DNA of 64,000 nt from the human T2T-CHM13v2.0 reference genome, Homo sapiens. Under the pieces are notes generated by a model that did not search any database, was not told where the DNA came from, and saw nothing but the letters and a program-made list of their open reading frames with translations. A program made the translations under genes and the position numbers. Within the stretch, counting starts at the first letter, position 1, and the number at the start of each line of letters is the position of its first letter. Shown here in pieces: positions 44,751-58,769 of the stretch. The DNA lies in NCBI RefSeq assembly GCF_009914755.1, contig NC_060929.1. One strand, given 5' to 3'.

Positions 44751-44933
44751 GACGCTTGACCGCTCTTCCTTTCCTGGATGGCACCAGCAGGGCCGATTGG
44801 AGTGGTAAACCCTGGGCCGGAAGGCATGCCAAAGGGTGGACAGGATGGACAGGAGACAGTAGCACAACGAGGAGGGGGAGAACAGCGGCTGAATTGGAAA
44901 TGATAAAATAAAATGAAATTTTAGGAGCTCGCT
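44746..44933 (+). ncRNA. MIR3142HG: MIR3142HG (pri-miR-146a) exon 1; TSS approximate
   Basis: Directly downstream of the promoter; strong donor GCT|GTGAGT at 44934; ~17 kb from the hairpin, as in the known two-exon transcript. Confidence 0.75.
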
Positions 44934-45651
44934 GTGAGTATGAGCTGGGAAAAAATAATCATTGCAAGCTGATTTATTATGTACTTATCTTCTGTTTGAG
45001 AGGCAGCAGGCTTTTGTACAGTGGATTATTGCAGAGTAAATGGCACATTAAAGATATAATCAAGATGTTTAAGGCATATTGAAATGACATTAGAATCAAG
45101 TAGGTGAGACTTTTGTCATGGTCTAGAAATATAAAAATGTCAGTGACTTGGAGATATTTCCAGTGCTTTAGTAAAGATGTGGCTCCATTTTCAAAAGGGA
45201 CATATTTTTAACCTTTTGTTATTTTCAGGGTGGGGGGGGATAGAGTGGGGTCAGGAAGTGGTTTAGAATCTCTATGGATGATAAAATAATATGCTTTAAA
45301 CCTGGAGTTGTAGACTGTGGTCTCTATTTAGCAAGTCATAAACTTTCTTGCAGTGACAATAGCATGAAAATATTGGACAGTAAATATGGTGCTCTTAGGA
45401 GGTTTCAGGGTTGGAAGACTATGGCTATTACTTTTTGTTTATTGTGTTCCTATTCTCAATTTCAATCTTGTCTTTGGATAGTAAGAATTTTTTTTAAATT
45501 TTCTATTTTTTTAAAAAGAATCTTTTACATACTGAACCTGACTTGTATACTAATTGGCAAACAGTGTCACTTTTCTTTCTTGATGCCTCAATGGGTTTAA
45601 TTATTGTATTACGGTATTTTCTTGTCATTTGAGACCTTCACATTCAGTGTC

Positions 45652-45935
45652 CTTTCTTTCTTTTTTTTCTTTTTCTTTTTGAGATGGAGTCTTGCTCCCG
45701 GCCTGTCGCCCGGGCTGGAGGGCAGTGGTAAGATCTCGGCTCACTGCAACCTCCGCCTCCTGGGTCCAAGCAATTCTTGTGCCTCAGCCTCGAGAGTAGC
45801 TGGGATTACAGATGCGCGCCACAATGCCTGGCTAATTTTTGTATTTTTAGTAGAGACAGGGTTTCGCCACGTTGGCCAGGCTGGTCTTGAACTCCTGACC
45901 TCAGGTGATCCGCCCGCTTCGGCCTCCCAAAGTGC
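45652..45935 (-). mobile_element. Alu (AluS)
   Basis: Antisense Alu; TSD CAGTGTCCTTT. Confidence 0.93.
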
Positions 45936-48523
45936 AGTGTCCTTTATTTTATTTGTGTGCCCTGGTTCTGCTTTGATTTTGCCCCAAACCCTTCTGAGTG
46001 TAGCGCTTTACTGACACTTTATCCCCATTATTAACAATGGGTTTTTGGACAGAACTGGCTTCTCTTTATTTGTTGTTTTTAAAATCATACTGCTGTCCTT
46101 ATGCATGGTACTCCTTGGAACAGATAAGCAGCCATACAAGAAGCTCTTTGAGAGAGAGAAGGTGGACTCTGGGGGTCGTGCCGGTTGTTTGGAGTTGTTG
46201 GACTGTTAGCTTGTGGAGTGGGTGATGTTTCATCTTCAGGATTCTGTGAGGCCAGGCCTGGGATGCGGGGAGGAGCTGACTGGATGGCTCCTGGTGATGC
46301 ATTCCTGGGCCCTCTTCTCATCTCTGAATTCCTAGAGTCCCACTTTCTCCAAAGGCCCTGCGGGAATCAGACGCATGCACTTCTTCAGTTCTGTGTAGTT
46401 TTAGGTTCTCAGTGGAGGCCTTTGGGCTCAACTTGTAGTAAATATTTGTTTTCTGTGGCTGTCAGCAATCTATAGTCTTGGGTGTGGTCCCTAAAAGCCA
46501 GCTTTTGGGCAATTTTTGAACTGCAATGGGGATTCCTCCTTCTGGTTGTTCTACAATCTGGCAAACATTTCTTATTTTGTTCTGGGCTTTAGTCTTATTT
46601 AATAACAAGAGAAAATCTTCTATTTTTAACAATAACATGAATTATTTTTATGACTTACACTTTGTAAAGCATTTTTGTCATTTCATGTAATTCTTTCATA
46701 AAATTTGTAAGGTTGGTAGAAACAGTAGAATTAGCACATAATGGGAACTTATTAAATATTTGTTAAATGAATGAATTAAATCCATTTGACTGCTAAGGAA
46801 ATTGAAACTCAAAGAGATCAAGTGATTGATTTAAGGCTCCACTTTCCAGTAGGGACTCACATCTGATTTTTCCCATTCCAGACTGACTCTGATATAATAT
46901 CTTACATACTATTTGTTACTCTTTCTCCAAGATCTTAGAAAGGTCTTTTGATTCTCTAAGAAAAGATAATAGGACAATGCAAATGCATGGATACACCATC
47001 AAAGGGGTGGCTGAGGGCTGTCTACCTCTTTGTATAGTTCTTTCCTAGGTTCCTGACTCCGCTAAAAACTCATATCCTTAAAGATATGACTATTTAGATA
47101 CATTCCTTGTTGGAGATAAGAACACAAGTTCATTGCTGAATCATGGTGTATATATACAAAAAAAAGAGTGCACAAGTTCATGCTGAGAAAAATGACTATC
47201 TTGAATTTTTAATATTTTTTGGAAGTTTGAGCATAAAACTCTGCACATCTCAGGGGAAGTTAATTTCAGAGTTTTGGATGCGGAGCTGAGTATTTTCTCT
47301 AGCTTTGTCTCTTGGGGTACTGGAGGGAGTCATGCACTGCCTCCATTTTGGGGTAATCTTGGTGTGTAGCAATCAGCACTCATCTGGCCTACAGTCGTCA
47401 TTATCAGCTGCCCCCACTGCTGGAGGAAATGTCACCCATATCAGTTCAGACATTAAAATAGTAAGAAAAGAGCCAGTTGTTCTAGCCAAACCCAGAATTA
47501 GGCTTAAGGTCGCCACTATGTACCAATAACATCCATCAGCTCGCCAGAGACTTCCTTCAACCGGGGACACCAGGAACAGAGAGAAGGAAGAAAAATTTCC
47601 CTGTTAAATCTAAAGCAAATTAGAGAGGGATGCCAAATGGGTGTTCCCCACAAGGGCCTTTCCCTTTGACTTCTGTAACTCGAGATTCAAAGTTTTGGCT
47701 CTGGATTATCTCCCAGAAGAAAGCTGCAAAAACAACTGTGGTTACTTCTTTACTAAACTGATCCTCTTTGCTGCTCCAGTGTGCAATTATATTGCCACAC
47801 AGATAGTCTCAAACCTGTCAGTCTTTTTTGCAATTGTTTTTGTGTCTCATTGAGAAAGGACTTCCTCAAGTGAAGATTGTAAAGATTTATTTTTATATTT
47901 ATCTTTGAAACTTCTATAGTTTTTATTGCCATCACATTGTTCATTTGCATTTAGTTCTGTCATCCATCTGAAGTATATTTTTGTGTATGATATAAGACAG
48001 ATCTGATGTTAATGTTTTCCTCTTTAGGTACTAGTTTTTCCTCTACTTTTTTTAAAAACTAAAATTTTAGCATTAGGATCGTTTTAGACTTATAGAAGCA
48101 TTGCATAGACAGCACAGAGAGTTCTCGTACACTCCGCTCTTCTGCTTTTTGATTTCTTCCTCTGCTTTGAAAGGACATTTTTACCTGGTCCTAAATTACA
48201 GCATGTACACAGATATCTTTCTAGAATCTCATTTTTATTCTATTGGTGATTTGCTATTTCTGCTCCAATGTCACATGTTTAATTATTATTTCTAGAGATT
48301 TCATAGCTTTTGCTAGGAAACCTGAGATCTCACAGGGCTTTTAAGAAGTCAAATTCAGCCTTCAGGCAAGTGAAATAATATCAACCCTGTAAGTTGTTGC
48401 TGCTGAGGTAACCTGCCAGGAAGTAACACAGCTGCTACACAGGGAAGGGAGATGATCACTGGTCACCCGCCCTTTTCTCTGGGCACAAGTCTTGGACACA
48501 ATAGCAAGGACCAGGCTTTGGAG

Positions 48524-48777
48524 CAGAGTTTCTTCACCTTAGCGCTAGTAACATTTTAGGACTGAAAGTTCTTTACTATTGGGGGGTGCTGACCTGTGCA
48601 TTGTAAGATGTTTATCTGCATCTCTGGCCTCAACCCACTAGATGCCCCCCAACTCATGACACCTTGAAATGACAACCAACTCATGGCAATCAAAAATATT
48701 TTCGGACACTGCAAATATTCCTAGGAAGGTTAAGCCTCCCCTTCCACTCCCCCTGCCCCTCCAGTTGAGAACCACTG
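48524..48777. mobile_element. MER20-like hAT-Charlie element
   Basis: CCTGTGCATTGTAAGATGTTTA...CTGGCCTC.ACCCACTAGATGCC ... GTTGAGAACCACTG end. Confidence 0.75.
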
Positions 48778-48839
48778 CTCTGGAGCCAGCCTGAGTGTTA
48801 ATCTTGGCTCTACTGTTTAGTAACTGTGTGCCTTCACTT

Positions 48840-49823
<984 letters not shown>

Positions 49824-50866
49824 ATTTCCTCCTGTGTAAAATGCTAACGATAATATTGCCTATCTCCTGGCATGGTCACAAAGGCCAAATGAGCTAATTA
49901 ATCACAGGAAATGCTCAGAACAGACTCTGGTAGGAAAGACCTGAGCTCAATGTTAACCATTACATTATTAAAAAAAATCCTTTACATTTGGTCTCACTCC
50001 TGATTATCCCATAGACTTCCCGTTTTTCCTACACCTCCATATCTTCTCCGCCGTGGAGCAAAATGTTTAAATCACAACAATATGCACCAAAACATTACAA
50101 GTCTATGTTAATGAAATGGAACTCTATTTTCAGGGCCCTGTAACTGCTAATTAATCAACTCCCATGATAAAGTCATCTGAGCTGTGTGTGAATTTTATTT
50201 GCAGCTGCAGAACAGCAATTCGTTAGTTAACAGGCCTTTAATTGACAATCCAGCTCTTTGGAGCAGGAGAAAGGCCCAGAAATGATTTTCTGAGCAAGAT
50301 GGTAATGACAGTGGGGAAGATAAAAATCTGGATAAGGAGAAGACTGAGGATTTACTTGACTCATTAACTTGATGGCTTTGGGAATGCCGTGTTCATTTAC
50401 CGTTAAAACACACCATCATCTTGCAATTCAAAGGGGGATGAATGAAGACTCGTCTTCTAGCAATTCATGTTACTTAGTCACCCAGAAATTTTTTTTTATT
50501 TTGCTTTTTGTAGCAGCAGATATTGTAAAACCATTACGTTTGTTATTAACCTTGCCTGAGAGCCTTTCTCCCGGGGATGATTATTGCTATGCGTTAAGAG
50601 CTGGTTGAGGATGGCAGGTGTGGGTTGTCTCTGCCTTTGTCCTAAAGGCTCAATTCCTTCTTCTAGTGAAACCAGGACTTGGTTTGATGAAGAGAAGGAA
50701 GTGCCTTGGACTGAGCATTGGGGACTGTAGTCAGGCTCATTGGTTTGATGGCCTTGGTGATGCTCACTTAATGCACTTAGTCAATACAGCAGAGTGGTTG
50801 GAAGCCTGGGTTCTGGAGGCAGCATGATTAAGTTGAAAACCTAGTTTCTTAACTTGCCAGCTGTGT

Positions 50867-51024
50867 GGCCTTTCTGAACCTTCAGAAAGGCTGCTGAATA
50901 TTCAGAAAGGCCTTTCTGAACCTTCAGAAAGGCTGCTGAATCTTCAGAAAGGCCTTTCTGAACCTTCAGAAAGGCTGCTGAATCTTCAGAAAGGCCTTTC
51001 TGAACCTTCAGAAAGGCTGCTGAA
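50867..51024. repeat. 42-bp minisatellite, ~3.8 copies: GGCCTTTCTGAACCTTCAGAAAGGCTGCTGAAT(A/C)TTCAGAAA
   Basis: Units start at 50867, 50909, 50951 and 50993 and are near-identical. Confidence 0.97.
50901..50982 (+). ncRNA. MIR3142: MIR3142 annotated precursor (mature AAGGCCUUUCUGAACCUUCAGA)
   Basis: Sequence matches my recollection of hsa-mir-3142 and lies in the MIR3142HG intron; an identical register could be drawn one repeat unit away. Confidence 0.8.
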
Positions 51025-54000
51025 CCTTTCTGAGCCTAATTTTTTTCATTTATAAAATGATGTTGATCATAGTACCTACCTCACAGTTTTGTTAGGAATT
51101 TTTAGTGAAAGAATTCATTTAGCCTCACTCCTAATAAGCATTTAATACATCTTAACTACAAAGATAACTGTTATTATTCATTTGCGAGCTTTCCATGAGC
51201 CAGGCATTGTAAGGATAGGGCACACATTCAGGTCAAATAAGACATTTTGGGCTTCCGAAGAGTTTATTCCCTGGAGATTGGAAGGAGAGAATTGTTTCCA
51301 CAGAGGTAAGCATCTAAGGCTGTGGACGTGGGGAGGGAACTGGAGAAGCTCTTTGGGAGGTGGTGACCTTTATGGAGGGACTTGTGCCCAGAGACTGGTA
51401 CCTGAGTAACTACAAAGGGAATGGACCCCAGATATAGGCAGAGCCCATACATATAGAGACAGAAAGTCAAGACCATAGAAACAGGGGTGAAACTTAGAAT
51501 ATTCTCCCCATCCCCAAATAGAAAACAGTTAAATGTATAGGCTGGAAGACCAGAGAGAAATGTATTGCCTGTTTCTGCTTAGTGAATCTAGCCATCAGTT
51601 TCTGCGACTTTAAGCATGTTTTATGCCAGGCGTCTGATTCCCAGCTGACTGGGCCCCAGAGCCTAGAGGTGCCCAGGACAAGGTGTATGGGTTGCAATTA
51701 TTTGTTTGGCTGTTTGTGTTTAGTAACGTTTCTTTTCACCTTGCAGGAAGTCACCTCATGGTTATAAGGGGAATTTTTTTTACAGAAAGGGCTAGCAAAG
51801 TTCAGTACTGGAGGATCACCTTACAGCTTCTTCTTGGTAAACATTTGTTGGCCCAAAAATGTTTCCATGCTAGCTCCAGCTTTCCTCCTAAGGCGGTGCG
51901 GAGATCTAAATGAGATAATTATGCAGACTATTTGAAAATTTTTTTAAAAAATAAAGTGCTACGTTAGGTACTACCTAATTTTTTTTTATAGCTAGCATAT
52001 AAAGGAATTTGGATGTATCTCCTTTACACCTTTTGAGAATGAACTGAAAGACCAGGATTAATTTAGCTTTGAAAGGATATCGAATTTATAAAGTTATACT
52101 AGGTAAGTCTCTCTTAAAAGCCACGCATATTGAAAACCCATTCCTTTATTCTAACTCTGTATAGCAAGAGCAAAGTGCCACAGTAGTATTTTTTGGGGTG
52201 AGAGCTGGCAAAGTATATTTATAACAACTTTTGGGTTCCTTTATAAATTTCTCTCATATGGTGGGAAAAATACATAAAAGGAAAGGGGGTGGATTCTTAA
52301 AAATGGAAGCAAATAGTTTCTCTGTCACAATGCACTATGACCAAATGAGGTATGGGATTTCTTTTCATAGGACAAGTTATACATTTGCCCAACATAGTTA
52401 CACAATAGGACTCTGTCTTAAAAGAGAATTCAGTTTTTTATTGATCTAATGCAACTACAGTTTTCCTGGGCTGTGCGCTGGGGAAATGATAATAATGGAT
52501 GGAGCAGTCATGCTGACAAATGTAAATGGTCAGTGGTTAAAAGACCTTCATATTGCTCTTTTGTTTCCGTGTTTTCTGACTGCAAATCTCATGAAGTTGA
52601 CAAAATGGCTCATAGTGCAAAGTACATCCTGGTAAATAGGAGGCAATTACTTTGCTGTGTTGCTCTGTTCTGTTCCCCATTCTGGCTGGGGAATGGCTCC
52701 GACTGTGCAGTTTAAGTTTATTTTGGCCTGGCTGCTTTGGCGGCACAGGAACAAACTAGTGCCTCACTGGAGATATAGATTCCGAAGAACTGGAGGTTTG
52801 AGGGTCTGGGTGACCAGGGACAGGTGGGGGCTGGGGGCAGCAAGGGGACCAATGGCTTACTATTCAGATCGTCACCACCCTGATGTCCAGCTTTCCATGC
52901 AATGCAGTGACTGGGAGCTTGTGGGAGGTCATCTGAAAGATACTGTGGTCTTCCGAAACAGAATATGTCAGTCAGGCAGAGGATGGGAAGATGACTGAGG
53001 ACGGGAGGGGAACTTTCAGAGGGCAGAGAGAAGGAGTGGTTAATCATAATAAAAACATAGAATTTGTTATTATAAAATAATTACTCAAGAAGTGTTTTCT
53101 AATTGTCTACCATGTACCATGCACTGCTGTTGTGGGACGGGGTAAAAAGAGGCGGAAAATGTGATATCTACCTTTGAGAATTTCACAGTCTCACAGGACT
53201 TGCACCTATGGGTGCAAGACCCTGCAGGATCACATGTTAAATTGCGTGATTGGATGACAGATGTGTGGGATGATTTTTTACCCTCCTCCCAGCTGTTTTC
53301 CACACCCAACCAAAATATCTAAAAAATACAGCCTGGATCACATTCCTTCTGTGTTTCCTCTCTCTTTAGTTAAGGTCAACTCCATATTTCTCAGCAAGGC
53401 CAACATGAATCGGCTCTTGCCTTTCTGGACCTTCCTCTCCTCATGCCATCCCTAGTCTCGTTATTGACCTCAGTAGAGGAGTCTCTCTCCGTCCTCACAA
53501 GTGTGCCTGGTCACATCCTATTTGTGACCATTTGGACATTCTGTTCCCTGTGCCTGGAACTCCCTTTTACCTGGTCTTTGCCAGACCATGCTCTACTTAT
53601 TCTTCAGGGTTTCTCCTTAAATGTCATTTCTTTCCAACTACCAGGTGCTTCATAGAATCTTGAGCTTTTCCACTGGTCGCATTTATCACATTTGGGCTCA
53701 CTTATCTGTGTGATTATCAGTGAGATTTCAGTCTCTCCTGTTTTGTGATCTCCATGGACCATGCTGGTCTTGTCTGTGCTGCAACCCCAGGATCTAGCAC
53801 AGGCCCGACACATGCAGCAGGTGCTCTGTAAGTCAGTGATGGGTGAATGGATGAGCAAGGAGAGGTTCCACTGGGTCAGTGCAGTTGTCCTTTCGAAGCA
53901 CTTTGTTGCTCCTCCTGGAGCCCTTGGTGTGTTGAACTTAGCATCCTGTTTGTCTACCCTCACATCCTCATGAGCTTCCAGAGGGCAGGGATTGAATCAT

Positions 54001-55141
54001 CATCATCTTTTCATCTGGTTCACATAGGAACTCAGTGCAGGTTGTAGGATGAAGGAAAGAATAAACTGTGTACGAATGGAGCGGGCCTTATCTGGGTTTT
54101 AAAGCTTGCCTGGGGAGGAAGGTGGAGAAAAAGTGAATTCAAGGATCCAAAATAGCAGTGGGAGCCAGGATGCAAAACAAGAGTAGGGTTTTGTTTTGTT
54201 TTAAAGCTGAAAATCTGCATTAGAAAAATACCGGATAGTCACCAGACACAGCATGACAGGATGTACTCATGCTACAAAGATGGGAGGGTTGAGTGGGGGG
54301 AGGCTTGGAATTTCCCCAGCTGAACTTTATACCTTGAACAATGTCCATCTTTCAGAGCTTGCTGCTCTCCTCAGGAGTTTTATCCATTCAACACATTTTT
54401 ATCAAGCACCTATTCCATGGGGAAGATATGCCTCCCCTCAAAGAGCACGAAAATTGGCCCTTAGGAGGTGAAAAAAAACTCTATGTGTAAAGCACAAATA
54501 TACATACAGTATATATAGACATATAATATATCTGTAGTGTTAACATTTCATAGTGGGGGGATTAGAAAAAAAAAAGTCTGAAAAGGTTCCTTAGAAGGAT
54601 GATAATGAAAAAAAGATTGAGAAACTGACCTACTCTGTGCCAGGCATTCTTCTGGTTAAAGGGCCTACTCCCATGAAGCTTTCACTCTTACCAGGCAGAA
54701 AGACAGTAAACAAATAAGTAACTGTAAACTAATAATAAATTGTATGAGGCAGAAAAGCAGGCAAGGGGCTGGAACGTTTGGGGGATGGGTGGGGCATGTC
54801 TGTGTTTCCTTTAGGTAGAGTGGGTGAGGGATGGACTCTGATGAGGTGAGGTTTGAGAAGAGTCTGGAAGAAGTGACAGGTGAACAGTAGAAATATTTTG
54901 GGAAAGAGCATTCCAGGAAAAGGTAACAGCTTGGTGCAATTAAGAACAGCAAGGAGGCCAGGTGGGCAGGAGTGGATGGATGAGGGAAGGATGGTAGAAA
55001 ATGCGATTGGAGGTAGAGGCAGGGGCCAGATGACATGGGCCTTGTAGGCCATGCTGAGGGGTTTGGGTTTTGTTCTCTGTGTGATGTAAAGTTGCTGGAG
55101 AGCTTTATGCAGGGGAGTGACATGATTTGATTTATCTCTCC

Positions 55142-55690
55142 TTTTTTTTTTTTGAGACAGAGTCTTGCTCCGTCTCCCAGGCTGGAGTGCAATGGCATGA
55201 TCTCGGCTCACTGCAACCTCCGCCTCCCAGGATCAAGCAATTCTTCCTGCCTCAGCCTCCCGAGTAGCTGGGATTATAGGCACCCTCCATCATGCCCAGC
55301 TAATTTTTGTATTTTTGTAGAGACAGGGTTTCACCATGTTGGCCAGGCTGGTCTTGAACTCCTGACTTCAGATGATCTGCCTGACTGGGTTTCCCAGAGT
55401 GCTGGGATTACAGGCGTGAGCCACTGTGCCTGGCCTCTTTTTTTTTTTTTTAAATACTTTAAGTTCTGGGATACACGTACAGATGGTGCAGGTTTGTTAC
55501 ATAGGTATGCATGTGCCATGGTGGTTTGCTGCACCCAGTAATCTGTCGTCTAGGTTTTAAGCCCCACATGCATGAGGTATTTGTCCTAATGCTCTCCCTC
55601 CCCTTCCCCCCACCCTCTGACAGGCCCCAGTATGTGATGTTCCCCTCCCTGTGTCCATGTGTTCTCATTGTTCAACTCCTACTTCTGAGT
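55142..55690 (-). mobile_element. Antisense Alu (55142-55435) abutting an antisense L1PA 3' end (~55440-55690)
   Basis: Alu body followed by poly-T and TACTTTAAGTTCTGGGATAC...GTTCTCATTGTTCAACTCC L1 3'UTR; embedded in L2. Confidence 0.9.
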
Positions 55691-56240
55691 TATCTTTTAA
55701 TAAGATCCCTCTGACTGCTATTTGGAGGGTGGACTGCAGAGGCAGGAGTGGAATCAGGAGACCTCACTGTTGCAGATCTCCTAGGTGGGAGCTGATGGTG
55801 GCTTGGGTGAGGGTAAACAGTTAGATTCTACGTGTACTGTGAAGGCAGAGCTTGCAGGACCTACAGAGGGATCGAATGAAAGTTCTCCTTTCTACCAGCT
55901 GCTGGCCTCTCTTGTGAAGGCCAGGCTGAGTACATGTTTATCTAGCATTCTGCAGTTACTTATTTTTCATCTGTATACCTTGCCACCTTATCTAGTCTTT
56001 GAATTCCTTTAGGGAAGAAACCATTTTTGTTTATGTCTCCAAGAGCCAGACAGTGGGGCCGAATGGTCAAAAGTGTTAGTTGTATGTGCTAGGTGGATGT
56101 TTTAACTGCTTAGCTACTGCTCTTCCTCCTCCTTCTCTTCTTTTTGCTTCTCCTCATCTTTTTTAATCGAGTGAGGATGGCAATGGCATTTCTTTATGGC
56201 TTTTGAGAGTGAAGTGAGATTTGTGTGAAAGTGCCTTGTT

Positions 56241-56348
56241 GGCTGGTTGTGGTGTCTCACGCCTGTAATACCAGCACTTTGGGAGGCCGAGGTGGGTGGA
56301 TTGCTTGAATCCAGGAATTTGAGACCAGCCTGGGCAACAGAGCAAAAC
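56241..56348 (+). mobile_element. Alu monomer (FLAM-like)
   Basis: Left-arm only: GGCTGGTTGTGGTGTCTCACGCCTGTAAT...CAGCCTGGGCAACAGAGCAAAACC. Confidence 0.85.
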
Positions 56349-57509
56349 CACCTAAGTTGGAGCACTTTTCCCCTTCCATGTCTGGTTTTCCTTCATGTGA
56401 AAGGGAAGGCAACGCTTACTTTAAAAAGTGGAAACTCTCAAATAATTTACATTGTATTCTAAGTGGTAAAAGGCCACATTGAGGGTGATGGAGAAGCCAT
56501 TACATGTCACTTGAGGGAAGTGAGTGTCTCTAGTGAATCATTATGAGTAAACGGATTTGGTGCTGCAGCATGAGCAATACAAAACGTTTATATAGTAATC
56601 ACCAAATTGTGTGGATCCAACCAGAATAAAAAAATGCCTGAGCTTTGGCTTAGGGCCATGGCTGAACGGGAGCATGAAGCCTGGCACAGAACAGAAGGAA
56701 TGAAAGGCATGGATGTAGCACAGCGATAGACATAAATAGATGCAAGTTTAAGCAGAGATGAAAATGCGTGGCTGCCGCTTTTTCCCTCTGCACTCACGGC
56801 AGGCTCAGAGCTGGAATTAGAACACTGGCAACCAAACTCTAGAGCCTGTTGTCTAAGCATTACACTTTGCTTTCTCCAGATATACCCAAATGTTACCCCA
56901 GAATCCTTCTATCTGCAGATTAATTCCCCCTGCAGATTGTGGGGTTCAGGTTTATTTTACAGTGCCATTCATTTGTTCACCCACTCATTCATTTGTCCAC
57001 GAATTAAAAACTACTTTTCTGCATCTGCCATGTGCCAGGCACAGTTAGGTGCCAGGGATCCAGTCGTGAATAAAACAATCACGGCTTGGGGCTACAGTTA
57101 GTGGAAGCAACACTTCTTGTTTAGGACTGTCAGTGGTGGGAGGACCCAGGATTTGTGTGATTTGCCACAAATTTAGTGGTCCCCTTTTCTGCATTGAACC
57201 AGAAAATCTTCTAATTGGTGAAGAAAATCAGCAACAATCTGAAAAATAAAATATGGCACCCTATGCTTCACCCTGGACCAGAAATTGGGCCACCTGCCAT
57301 CATTTTCTGACCAGGCTGATTTAGCTATTTGACCTTCGGCCTCAATTATAACTCATGTTCAAACAGTGGTTTCTCATAGATTAGTTTACTTTGCTCCTTC
57401 CAATACCTGATTGGTGAGAGAGGACCATTTCTGAGGAGGTCTCTGATGTGTAGAGAGGTTATATGACCTGCCTAGTTCCCATAGCTGGTAGGAGACAAGC
57501 TAGGGCTAA

Positions 57510-57831
<322 letters not shown>

Positions 57832-58017
57832 TATCACCTTGTTTTTATTATCTCATCATGTTGTCATCTTAATGTTTTTAACTTTTCAGTTTCCCCATCT
57901 TTAAAATAAGGAAATTAAACTGTGTGGTTTGTAAAAGTAAGTTCCCTCCCTCCCTTCCCTTCTCTCCCTCCCTCCCTTCCCTCTCTCCCTCCCTCCCTTC
58001 CTTTTCTCCCTCCCTCC

Positions 58018-58640
58018 TGTTCCTGGACCAAACTGAGGGTCAGGCTGCTGTTTCTCACAGCCCAATAACGAGATGCAGATGAACTGGGAAGGAAGAGAGT
58101 TTTTATTTCTGTAACCAGTTACAGGGAGAAGGCCCAGAAATTATCACTAGACCAACTCAAAATTACAAAGTTTTCTAAGCTATATGTCTACATGTAAGTG
58201 TGCGTTCATCTAAAGACATTAGTGATTAATTTCTTTTAATCTGTAACTAAGGTCTGAGTCCTGAAGACCTTCCTCTAGAGCCTCAGTAAATTTACTTAAT
58301 CTAAATGGGTCCAGGTGCTGGGGTGATTACTTATCTTGTCCCCTGCTAAATCATGGAGGTTTGGGGAGTTCCTTTAGGCCCCCAATAAACCTGTTTGTGG
58401 AGGCCTGGGGAGTTTCTTCAGACCCCCATTAAAACTTGTTTAATCCTAAATGGGTCCTGTTAAGAATTCCTTCGTTATTTTGTCATGCTTTAGTGTCCAG
58501 GCAAAACTCTTGGTGGGCTTTTGTTGCATTCCAGACTTTGTATAAGGGCACTGGCTCAATCAACTTTTAATGTTTAACCTAGCTGTCAGTCAGTGCTGGG
58601 ACAGTTGTGATGGAAGCCTGCATAACTGAGACCTAGCCTC
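58018..58640 (-). mobile_element. ERV1 solo LTR (MER57-like; subfamily uncertain) between (CCCT/CCTT)n tracts
   Basis: CCAAACTGAGGGTCAGGCTGCT.TTTCTC...CCCAATAACGAGATGCAGATGAACTGGG LTR motif; pyrimidine repeats at 57943-58017 and 58636-58710. Confidence 0.7.
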
Positions 58641-58769
58641 CCTCCCTTCCTCCCCTCCCCGCCTCCCTCCCTCCCTTTCTTCCTTCCTTCCATCCTTCCA
58701 TCCATCCATCACTGGAGTGCCTACTATGATCAAGACATCATGCTAGAAGCTGGAAATAATGTTACACAA

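Larger units (their letters stand above)
50795..51150 (+). mobile_element. MIR SINE hosting the palindromic minisatellite
   Basis: MIR core flanks ACTTGCCAGCTGTGTGGCCT ... AACCTTTCTGAGCCTAATTTTTTTCATTTATAAAATG...ATAGTACCTACCTCACAG. Confidence 0.75.

Noticed and set aside
44203-44867. Minus-strand ORFs (159 and 112 aa) over the promoter
   Set aside because: GC-rich sequence is depleted of stop codons; no homology or splice support.
50867-51024. CRISPR-like array of palindromic repeats
   Set aside because: Units are contiguous and identical with no unique spacers, there are no cas genes, and the context is primate genomic DNA; it is a minisatellite.
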